From Eledone cirrhosa (lineage: Eukaryota): a DNA stretch of 64,000 nucleotides. The translations under genes were made by a program, and so were the position numbers. Under the pieces are notes generated by a model. It was not told the DNA's origin and did no database searches. It saw only the letters and a list, made by a program, of their open reading frames with translations. The stretch's first letter is position 1; the number at the start of each line of letters is the position of its first letter. The DNA lies in contig OZ024747.1 of assembly GCA_964016885.1 (NCBI GenBank), positions 81,778,001 to 81,842,000 of the forward strand. The letters are read 5' to 3'. Positions 1-10,942 of the stretch are shown here, piece by piece.

Positions 1-267
1 AGCAGAGTAGAAGTTGGTAAGATCTAAACTCGTTATGTAACTAAATAACAGATAATTTAATTATTGGTTTAAATTTAACAACAGCCTTTTTTGTTTGGAT
101 TGTTTCAACATGAAACTGTACCATACAGTACTATCTCTTTCTGAAAATGTTCTATGAAACAAACATTACAGTACAGTAGCTGAAATACCATTCAGTCAAT
201 TATTACAGTTGCTTTGTCAAAGTCAAAAATTATTATTATAGCTATTATTATTAATATGTCACACAAA

Positions 268-448
268 TTGGCAGTATCAGTAGAGGGTCGGATGCCATGC
301 TTTCCAGCAAAGAGTTACGTCCCTTTACGGCCTGAGTTCAAATCCTGTCGAGGTTAACTTTGCCTTTCATCCTTATGGGGTCGATAAAATAAAGTACCAG
401 TTATGTATTGGGTTATTGCTGACCTTGTGCCAAAAGTAGATACAATTA
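268..448 (+). mobile_element. tRNA-derived SINE with Nin/Deu-type core
   Basis: A-box tggcagtatcagtaga, B-box gagttcaaatcc, core gcctttcatccttatggggtcgataaaataaagtaccag, tail ccttgtgccaaaagtaga. Confidence 0.9.
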
Positions 449-1859
449 TATGCCACACTCCCTGTTTTTTCAAAATTAGTATAAGTGAAATCGTATGCAG
501 TGTGTAAGAGAGATGATTGTGCTGGTACAAACATCCAGTCATAGAAACTTGCCAAAATATGGAATGTATGAGTAAAACCTTATTTTCCACCTTTAGTTCA
601 ACCCATGCCAGCATGGAAAACAGATGTACGGTGGTGATGATGAATTCTAATGAAGAAATAAGTTGAAACAATTCAATGAAAATGAAATAGACAAGATGTT
701 ATATGGTACAAGATTTGGTACCAATAAATTACTGTGATCACGTCAAGGAACTATAATTTTATATTGTATACAAGAAAACCTTTCTCTAGTGAAAAATTAT
801 TTTTTCCTTCACAGACACACACATATATATGTGTGTGTGTGTGTGTGTGGCAGTGTTGCTGGAAACAGAATAGCATTGAACAGGTTTTTTTTTTAAATGA
901 CTAGTTTAGTGCCATCAAGATCAATCATCTTCCATCTATCAAGAAATCAATAAAAGAAGAACAAATATGATATTCCCACTCCTCCAAAGAAAATTAACCT
1001 TGTGTCTAAGCAAAAAAATCTATATTCCACTTCTTTCACATGTAGAAATTAACTACATAATAACTAAAAATTGTCTCAATTTAGCAAGAAATGAAACAGA
1101 AATATGGATCTCTAAGTGAAATTCAATTTTATTTAATTAAAAAAGAAAGAATATCAAAAATTATTGTTCAGCTTTTGAGTTCAAAAGAAATCCAAATGGA
1201 ATTTATTGAGATAAAACTATTTTTTCCATATCTGAAATTAAATAAATGTATGAACAAAAACTGAAGAAAAAAAAACACTAATGGAAATTTATTGAAAAGA
1301 GAAACCAAGATCAAACCATGTAAGTATGTATATATATATGTGTATGCAGTTGATTCAAAATTTCAAAAAAGGAGGAGGTTAATTCATAATGGTGATGATT
1401 ATTGTTGTAGTTATAATTTTTTAGTTTCTCCATCAAGGTAGCTGATTAAATACTTGAGAACAATTGATTCACTTCTACTATCCTGAATTGTTCTAGTTTC
1501 AATATAACCAGATCCTACATTGTTTACAGTATCATACAGTTTTCTGGGATCTTGTGTGCTAACTAGATTATGCTGTGATATCTTGGGCAAATTCCTTTAA
1601 CAAAGCTTCAGGTCAACCCGAGCTGTGTACCCAAGAGAATTTGGGTACACAGAAACTGTAGAAACTTGTCAGATGGATTTTACTTGTACTTCGGGGGCCC
1701 AGCACTGTCTCATATTGTCCTATGCTGATTCTCTCTGAGAATAACCTTAAGGATACATGTGTCTTTGAAATACATACATGTAAAATTATGAGTCATATGT
1801 TCAAACAGTTGAATGCTCATCATGAAATTTATTGAAGATCCATCATTATATACCTGAAA

Positions 1860-2075
1860 GGTGGTGCTTTGGCAGTATCGGCAGAGTGTTGGACATCATG
1901 CTTAAGGCATATAGTTACGGCCCATTACGTTCTGAGTTCAAATCCTACTGAGGTTAGCTTTGCCTTTCATCCTTATGGGGTCAATAAAATAAAGTACCAG
2001 TAAGCACTGGGGTCGATTTAATTGACTTTCCCCTTCCCTTCAAATTGCTGGCTTTATACCAAAAGTTGAAACATT
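1860..2075 (+). mobile_element. Nin/Deu-core SINE (long-tail variant)
   Basis: Same head and core, plus ggggtcgatttaattgactttccccttcc before the tail. Confidence 0.9.
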
Positions 2076-3426
2076 TATAAAACTGAAAGTTTAATTATAA
2101 TCCCAATAAGGATATGTAGATTAAACTTGATCAGTGTATATTAAATTAATTCCCCCGCCCCTCGTCTTTTTATGTTGCAGACAAACCAGTGTAAGTCTTT
2201 GAACCTAGAAAAACAATTGGTGTTTCAACTGTTCTAGTGAACAAGTACATTTAGGTTTTCACAATCACATGAAAAGGAGAATGATTGTCTAATGTTGTTT
2301 GATGAGTGCTCTGAAATACTAATGAGGTGAGGCAATTGTTAAAGTCAGGGCATAGAAATTCAGAAGTTATGTGGGTTGAAGCAAACTATATCAATTGTTC
2401 TGTTTTTTAGTATTTTATTTTGAGCTTTTTTATACTACTCTAAAATTGATATATTGATTCTTAATGGTGTATGTCTAGTTAAGTCATTTATGTAGGTTAT
2501 TACATACACACAGCAGGAAAATGTAGAGATGCCATGTTTATATAATATAAAAAGGATGAGTAATGAGACGGAACCTTGTGATTTTTCATTTTGAAGCCTA
2601 CAGGTTTTGGTAATGTATAGAATATTTAAGGGAAATGAATAGATAATCAAATATTGAGTCAGAAATATAGAAACACTGCACTACATTTTGATATATCCAA
2701 CAAAATTCAACACATAACACTAAAATCACTATAACAACACTATGAAATTCAAATGGGAATACGATTGTAATTGAAAAACAATGAACATTTTACTGCTAAA
2801 ACATCCAATAATCTCAGTTTTCAATAACAAATAACTTCATTCACCTTCCCTCACACATTAAACAAATATCCTATCTCTAAAAAGAGATCAACAAACATCA
2901 AAACGTAATCCAGCATGCACAATACTGTTACTATAGATTTTAACACAGAAGTACATAGTAAATATTTTTTATAAAATCAAATAAAAATGTTAGCCTTCAA
3001 CCATAAAAACCATAATAAACCCATATATGGGAGAATCTTATACAACCTAGTTGATAGTTTTCTGAATAACAGAATAAATCATTGGGGGTAATCACATCAC
3101 TAGCAATGCAGATTCTGTAGCAAGACAATTTTCATTGTCTTTGTATATAAAATAGCTGGGGAAGGTTAAGTCAGCAGACTAGTTTATACATTGTCATCAG
3201 TACTATAGTGAAGACACCAGCCAATAGTCCAGTACATACAGCTCTACATAGGTACCAGACAGTGGTATAAGTTTACTTCTGTTAGTAGTGGGAGCACAAT
3301 AAGATTGAAGAATATTTCAATGTCTAGCAGCACTATAACCAACTTTTGTACATATAACCAGAACAGATGTTAGATACCACTGGCTTCACTATGAATAAAT
3401 TACTATGCCTTCAGTCTTCAATTGAT

Positions 3427-6400
3427 ATCATCATCATCATCATAATCATCGTTTAACGTCCATCTTCCACGCTACCATGGGTTTGGACGGGAATTTTCCC
3501 ACTTGAGGCAAGATTGGTTGTCTTGCTCGTATAGGACTGTCTGGCGGGTTTTCTACAGCTGGATGCCCTTTTTAACACCAACCACGTTTACAGTGTGGAC
3601 TGGGAGGTTTTTACCGTGTTACCTACATGACCACATTACAGCGTGGACTGTGTGTTTTATTGTCGTGACACCTACACAACCTCATTTATTTAGGACTGGA
3701 TGTTGTGGTACCAACATAACTTTACATCGAAAGGGGGTGGTGTGGATGGGGTTGGGTAGGGGGATGGGGTGTATTTTGGTAAGAGGTGCCTACTGACTGT
3801 AGGTTTCGCTTTGCACTTAGGCAAGGCGGGTCTTCTGTATTACTGAGTAGCGCCAAAGATCTCGGTCCAGTGACATTGTCTTGGAGAGGTGTAAGTGTGT
3901 GAGGTCGGAATTTATCAAGTTGTCCCAGGTTTTTCTGGGTCTACCTACTCCGTAACTACCATCTACTTTGACCGCCCTGCACTTTTTTATACAGCTGTCG
4001 TCTTTTATGCGCATCACGTGACCATACCAACGTAGTCTTCTCTCGAGTAAACAGCATCTGATCCCTCTTATTCCTAATTTCTCACTTAGTTCATTTATGC
4101 TTTGCTGTTCACGTATATTACTATTACACATCCAACGGAGCATGCAAGCTTCGTTCCTCTCTAGTCTGCGTAGACCCTCTGCACACAATGCCCAAGTCTC
4201 ACAGCCATGTAACATTGCTGTTTGTATGCAAGCATCATACAGCCTGCCTTTCATTTTTAGAGAGAAACCTTTAGTGGCCAATAGTGGTATAAGCTCTCTG
4301 AACTTTTTCCATCCCGTTCTGACTCTAGCTACTGTACTTTCAGAGCACCCTCCACCACTGCTGATTTTGTCACCCAGGTAACGGAGGGTGTCCACTATTT
4401 CTATAGAACCATCTGTGCAATGGAATGAGTTAGTATTCTGTGGGCACTTGCTGCTACTTATTGCACCTGAACACCATCCACATATACAATCTATATTCAT
4501 AGTTAGCTTACCTGTGAACCCACTACATCTTTTATGCACCCATACTTTGCATTTGGGACATAAAATGGAGTTTCTGCCTACTCCTTTCTTACACACTGAG
4601 CATGGCCATTTCCCAGATGGGACCAGTGCCCTATTTTCCTTCCTACATACTAGAACTTTAGTCTTAGACAGGTTAATTTTAAGGCCTTTTGATTCTAGGC
4701 CATGCTTCCATGTTTGGAATTTCTTCTATAGTTCAGCCATTGATTCAGCTATAAGCGTTAGATCATCAGCGTATAGGAGTTCCCATGGGCAGCCGGTCTT
4801 GAACTCCTCTGTTATAGCCTGAAGGGCAATAATAAATAGGAAGGAGCTAAGGATGGAGCCCTGATGAACACCAACTTTTATGCTAAACTCTTCACTATAT
4901 TCGTTGTTAATTCTAACCTTGCTGACTATTTCTTTATACATGGCTTGTATAGCTCTTACAAGCCATTCATCAACACCTAGTTTTCTAAGGGCCCACCAGA
5001 TAATGGGGCGTGGGACTCTGTCAAAGGCTTTCTCCAAGTCAACAAAAGCTAAGTATAGGGGTTTACTTTTAGCTAGGTACTTCTCCTGTAGTTGTCGTAC
5101 AATGAAAAGAGCGTCTGTGGTACTTTTACCCGACACAAACTCGAACTGCATTTCATCTAGATCAATTCACTCTCTGATTAGTTGCGCTATTACTTTTTCT
5201 GTGACCTTCATGATCTGGTCCATTAATTTAATGCCTCTATGGTTTCCCCTATCCAGGGCGTCTCCTTTACCCTTGTAGCAGTTAATGATGATGCTGCTAT
5301 GCCAGTCCTTCGGTAGGACCCCATTCTGTATGACTTGGTTTACTATCCTGGTGACCATAGTGTGTCCCACCATTCCAGATGCTTTCAGCATTTCAGCAAC
5401 TATTTCCGAAGGCCCAGCCGCCTTGCCCGTCTTCATATCTTTGATTGCCTTACTTATTATACTACCTTCAACTTGCACTGCTGGTCTTTCTATTGGATCG
5501 ATGTGGGGGAGACTGTCTTTCTCCCATTTTCTCCTCATTTAGTAGCCTTTCGTAGTGACACTTCCAAGCTACCTTCTTATCAGCGTCAGTGATGGCAAGT
5601 ACACCATCATCATTAAGGATACACTTCTCCTCGACAATATCATGGTTTTGCTTGACACATTGCCTAGCAATCCTGAACACCTCATGTGTTTGGTCCTCGC
5701 GTTGTAGAACATGCTTGAACTTTCTTTCCTCTGCTTCCCTTCTTGCGAAGTACACTTGTCTCCTAGCCTCCCTCCTGGCCACTTGATAGTCTTCTCTACT
5801 TCCCCCATCCCGCCATACTTTCCAAGCCTGCTTTTTGGCCTTGATTGACTCCTCCACCTTACTGTTCCACCACCACATTACTCTCCTCCTGCCTATAGGT
5901 CTGCTCCAGCCACAGACTTCATCTGTCGCCTTCAGCAGGTTAGCTTTCAGGAATTCCCACTGTTCCTCTATATTGTACGACTCTAATTGCTCTTCCTTAC
6001 TGTCAAAAGCATCAAGTAATATACTTTTAAATTTATTACCGGGTGTGGGGTCCTTTAGCTTCCATATTTTTCTCCTGAGGATAGTCCTCCTCTGTTGTCA
6101 AGTACGTCTTGTTCTGACTATGAAGTCACTAACTATGAGTCTATGTTGGGAGGTGCATTCTTCATGGGGGAGGGATTTAGTGTTTACAACAGACACTCTA
6201 TCACGTCTTCTGGTAAGGATATAATCTATCTGACCAGCGTGTTCCCCTGATCTATAGGTGATCAAGTGATTATCTTGTTTTTTGAAGTTAGTGTTACAGA
6301 TAGTTAGGTTATTTGCGTCACAGAATTCCAGGATTCTGGATCCTTCCTCATTTCTAGTACCAAACCCATAGCCTCCATGGATTCCGTCATAACCATCACA

Positions 6401-7040
6401 ATGTTGTCCAACATGACCATTTAGGTTGCCAGCAATAATTATGTAGTCACTGACAGTTATTTGGGAGGTAGTGAGCATTAATGACTCATAGAATCTGTCT
6501 TTTATAATGCCAGGCAGTCCGGATTGGGGTGCGTACGCAGATATTATTGTCACAGTAGTTCTATTTAGGACAAGTCTTATTTTAATTATTCTGTCGTTCA
6601 CTCTATTTACGTCTATTATCTTATCTACCCATTTTTCTGCTTACATGATTCCTACCCCACCCAGCCCGTTGTCATTTCCCACCCAGAAAAGCTTATAACA
6701 TCGTTTTTTACCCACAATGAATCTAGCAGACCCACCCCTCCACCTGGTCTCTTGGATACAGCAAACAGCAACCTCCTTACGTTCAAGCATTTCTACAACC
6801 TCGTTAGAGTAACCTTTTAAGGTGCCTACATTCATGGTACCAACTCTGAAGTTTTGGATTGCGTTTGGTGGGTGGGAACGGTGGGGCGCAGGGAGGGGTG
6901 AGGGAGATGAGGTTATGTTGGCCATCCGTGGCCGAAATAAAGAGGAGTATAAAGCGGAATATATGGAGAGAGAGAGAGAGAGTGAATGGGTGATTGTGCA
7001 TGTGTTTGAGAATTCCTAATTCACCTATAGTACCCAAAGA
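3427..7040 (-). mobile_element. Near full-length RTE-clade (BovB-like) non-LTR retrotransposon, disabled by stops and frameshifts
   Basis: Endonuclease motifs GTMNVGTL, CIQETRW, ISAYAPQ, AGNLNGHVG, QIDYILT, SQHRLI (6098-6925). RT motifs FVDLEKAFDRV, GVHQGS, LLYADD (4726-5151). C-terminal RLRWYGHVMR...GRPRKTW (3817-4596). 3' UTR ends in a (GAT)n tail at about 3427-3450. The ORF is broken at about 6641, 6098, 5540, 5167 and 4726. Confidence 0.95.
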
Positions 7041-8016
7041 CTATACTATACAGTCATTATATTATCTCAACTTACTTCAAAGCTCAACCATAGAGAACTG
7101 AAGAATTGTATAAGAACAAATAAACAAAATAAAAATTAACCAATAGACAACACAAATCTTGATGGAGGTTAACGATAATGGGTGCATATGGAATGATTCT
7201 ATGCTAATGTAAAAGTTTTAATAATATTAATGTAGTGACATTAGTAAATAGGGTGGCAATGGGAGTAGTGGTGGTGCAGCATGTGTTCAGGTAGAATTAG
7301 TTAATAATAATACTGGAGTTACTAGTCTTCATGATACATGAAACAGTAAAATGTATTGTTAATTTGGTTGTTTTTCTGTGTGGGTAGCTCTGCTACTGAT
7401 GCTAATGATGGTGAACAGAACATTGATTATGGCCACAGATCTGTAATTGTGGTTGTGATGAATTTGTTGTTGCTATTCTTGTTGTTGCAGCAACATTGGT
7501 TTTGATGGAAGTCATTACTTGTGATTGTAAGTGGTGTTGTTAGTAATGATTGTAGAGGCAGATTTTAATAGGTTTCAGGATGATGTTGCGGTGACAGGGT
7601 GAGTGGAAATGTGGAAATGTGGTGGCAAGGGAAATTAATTGATAAATTAGTTTTGATGAAAACAGACTTGTTTTAAAAGTAAAACAAACAAGGTATTAAA
7701 ATATGAAGACCAAATAAGTAAATAAATAAACAAATGATAATTAAAAGTTATATAACTTTTCCTACTTTAAAATATTAGCTTTGCTGCTATTTTTATTTTT
7801 TGTAATTAATTTCTTCCTTTTGTGTTAAGTTAGATTAAGAATGATTTTGCTGACAATGATAATGAAACCAGATCAATGTTAAAGGGGACTAAGAACCATG
7901 GAATACATAGGTCAGCCAGATCAAGCAAACTTACTATCAATAGCATTCCAGATATGACCACCCTCTTGTTCTGTATATCTAAAATTGCTTTATCTAAGCT
8001 GTCCTTCCTTCTTTAA

Positions 8017-8237
8017 CCCTTTAGCATTGCTATTACTTTATATTTACTATTGTATTCTTGTGGTAAAGGCTTTACCTCACATAATTATCCCACATAATAT
8101 GGAATCTATGAGATTTTGATATTATTTATTTTGAGAATAATACCTTAAAGTCGGTATGAGTGGCCAGTTAAGGCTGGTTTGATCAGAAAGAGATGAGAGA
8201 ATTCTGGCCAGATATGGCCAGTTTAAATGCTAAAGGG
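8017..8237 (-). mobile_element. piggyBac-type MITE
   Basis: TTAA duplications at 8013-8016 and 8238-8241, with 12-bp terminal inverted repeat CCCTTTAGCATT. It is the reverse-complement homologue of 62151-62368. Confidence 0.9.
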
Positions 8238-9173
8238 TTAAGATGGTAGGTTATGATATGGGTAAAAGTAAGCGTTGGTTGATATTTTTAATACATACAG
8301 GTTTTTTGTTTTGTGGAGTCAATGTTATTTATAAAATTAGTACTTAGGTGATATGGATTAATATTAAATGATTTAATTAGTATTTGCTTGACATACAATA
8401 GATAGCCTGGATTGATTGAGGCAATTTTATTTGGTAACATTGAAATCTAGATATCAAAAGAACGTTCAGATTTAATGAAGATATAAAGTATTGTTGTACA
8501 ATATTGCCAATACAATAATGATTATAATTGGTATTATGTTGGTTACCAGCTTCATAGTTGTGTTTAATATATGTGTAAATGAAAATAATATTTATGGATT
8601 GATAAGTTTACAAACTTACAAAAACACAGATAGATATCTATTTATCAATTTGCTTAAGTAAATACTCCTTAAATATGTTTGAAATAAAATAAATATTAGT
8701 AAAGCTTTGCTATTTTATTTTGTCTGGTCTCAACCTAATTCCATTACAGTTTCATCTCCATCAACTGAGAAAAACCTCCTTCCCCACTAGTAAATCTGGA
8801 GTACATAATGTTTGTATAATCATAGATTAACAATCCATATCACATTTATCAAATATCTTTTGACAATGCCATCAGTTCTTGGCTAACATGTCGGAGCCTA
8901 TCTATCCACGACAAGTTAGCCAACCAAATCACTGTTATGAAGAAGTGTCTAGAGTTGTCCAGACAAGCACTGCTACTACTAATTGTTATTTTTCAATCTT
9001 ACTAACATCAATACTAATAACTTACAATGGCACTCAACATGTTTACCATTGTTCAATTAGTGTATGTTTTAAATTCTAAGAACAAGCTCACACAGGCTTT
9101 CTTCATATATATATATATATGTGTGTGTGTGTATACACACACATATACATACATTCATGCACACATACATACA

Positions 9174-9232
<59 letters not shown>

Positions 9233-9446
9233 AATATATCTATACCACAGACATGTATATGCATAGAAATACACATATGCAGAATACATGACTGTGTACA
9301 TGGTACACTTTTAAGGTTTGTATATCTATATGACCCATTTAAAAGATATATATATATTTATATATATGTGTGTCTGATGGTAGCTAAGATGCTTCCATAG
9401 GTGGTATGCCGGTTGAGCACTCTATGCTCTTACAGAGCAGAGTATG

Positions 9447-9734
9447 ATAGAATAGAAAACGAAAAATCAGTGATGCATCTGAACTCAATTCATTGTGTGT
9501 TACAATTGTTTCGCCGGCGGACAGCTCGAGACGCGATCATTGTGTGGATCTGTCTGATTCTCTCACGTGAGAGAATATGCTCCAAAATCATTAGACGTGT
9601 CCGTCGAACCTGTGGGTCCAGAATCAGACAGAGCCACACAATTATCACGTCTCGAGCTGTCCGCCGGTGAAACAATTGTAACACACAATAAATTGAGTTC
9701 AGATGCATCACTGATTTTTCGATTTCTATTCTAT
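9447..9734. repeat. Long fold-back with 115-bp arms and a 58-bp spacer
   Basis: Arms 9447-9561 and 9620-9734 are reverse complements with a few mismatches. A (TA)n run follows. Confidence 0.95.
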
Positions 9735-9753
9735 ATATATATATATATATAGT

Positions 9754-9941
9754 AATTGTTTCTACTTTTGGCACAAGGCCAGCAATTACCCAGTACATTA
9801 CTGGTGCTTTATTTTATCGACCCCGTAAGGATGAAAGGCAAAGTTAACCTTGGCGGGATTTGAACTCAGACCGTAAAGGGACGTAACTATGCTGGAAAGC
9901 ATGGCGTCCGACTCTCTACTGATACTGCCAATCCACCGCCA
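9754..9941 (-). mobile_element. Nin/Deu-core SINE
   Basis: Full-length reverse-complement copy of the 268-448 family. Confidence 0.9.
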
Positions 9942-10043
9942 ATATATATATAGTAATAATAATAAATTTGAAGACTAAAATCCAAAGAGGGCTCGATAAG
10001 GATAAATATATATCAAATATATAAGAACTGTAGAGCAAATATT

Positions 10044-10200
10044 TATTAAAATAACAGATTAAAGTTTAAGCAAAGAATCGCTGCTTCCACCCTTAATGGG
10101 ATCTTCTGAAACTCAGAAGATCCTGTTAACTCAGAAGGAGTTTCAGAAGATCCCGTTAAGGGTGAAAGCAGCGATTATTTGCTTAAACTTTAATCTGTTA

Positions 10201-10208
<8 letters not shown>
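10044..10208. repeat. Fold-back with 71-bp arms
   Basis: Arms 10044-10114 and 10138-10208. The loop holds partial copies of the arm sequence. A (TA)n run follows. Confidence 0.95.
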
Positions 10209-10265
<57 letters not shown>

Positions 10266-10321
10266 TACATATATAGCTTTATTTATTTATATTCATAGAA
10301 TTAATGCACTCATATAAGTTT

Positions 10322-10721
10322 TCATTTAGGTGGTTGTGGTTGTGTGTGTGTGTGTGGTGCTTGCATTTTCTGATAAGTGTGTGTGTGTAGTGTAGTGTTT
10401 GGGGTTTTTTTTTTCCTCTGTGCCTGTGATTCTGTTTTATGCTTGTTTGATTTATGTTTGTCAGGGTGTTTATGTGTGCATTTGTTTGGGGTGATGAGAG
10501 ACGGAGCGGGAGAGCTTTCCTCGTCTTCTGTTGAGTTGAATCTGTTGTTGGTGGTGGTTAAGCTGCTGCTGCAATTGGTGCTGTTACTTCTACAGTTGCT
10601 GCTGCCAGTGCTGACATTGTTGGTTTTACTGTAGTTCGACCCAATACCAATATTGCCAGCTACGGAGGTTTGTGGCACCCTGCAATTTTCAGGTAGTGCC
10701 AAAAGGCTCACAGATATGTGT
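10322..10721 (-). CDS. Candidate low-complexity (Ser/Asn/Thr-rich) terminal exon
   Basis: About 130-codon open frame (HISVSLLALPENCRVPQ...STEDEESSPAPSLITP...) with higher GC than its surroundings. There is only a weak acceptor (tgtttgtggtgaag|) and no recognisable domain. Confidence 0.25.
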
Positions 10722-10757
10722 CTTCACCACAAACAAAACATCAATAATAATAATAAT

Positions 10758-10942
10758 AATTTCTACTATAGGCACAAGGCCAGCAATTTGGGGGAGGGGA
10801 AAAATCGATTAAATCAACCCCAGTGTATTACTGGTACTTTATTTTTCGACCCCGTAAAGATGAAAGGTAAAGTTAACCTCAGCGGGATTTGAACTCAGAA
10901 CATAAAGAGCCATAACTCTATGCCACAAAGCATGGTGTCCAA
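10758..10942 (-). mobile_element. Nin/Deu-core SINE
   Basis: Core ctggtactttatttttcgaccccgtaaagatgaaagg and B-box ggatttgaactc. Confidence 0.85.

Noticed and set aside
4097-6224. Plus-strand ORFs over the RTE (also 23669-24484)
   Set aside because: They are antisense shadows of the RT reading frame.
3817-6925. Intact, active RTE ORF
   Set aside because: It has at least five disruptions, including AEL* where the younger copy reads AELEKK.
10144-10180. Hammerhead-like cagaaga-tccc..ggg-tgaaa in the fold-back arm
   Set aside because: Both arms have CAGAAGA instead of CUGAnGA, and there is no credible stem III or cleavage triplet.
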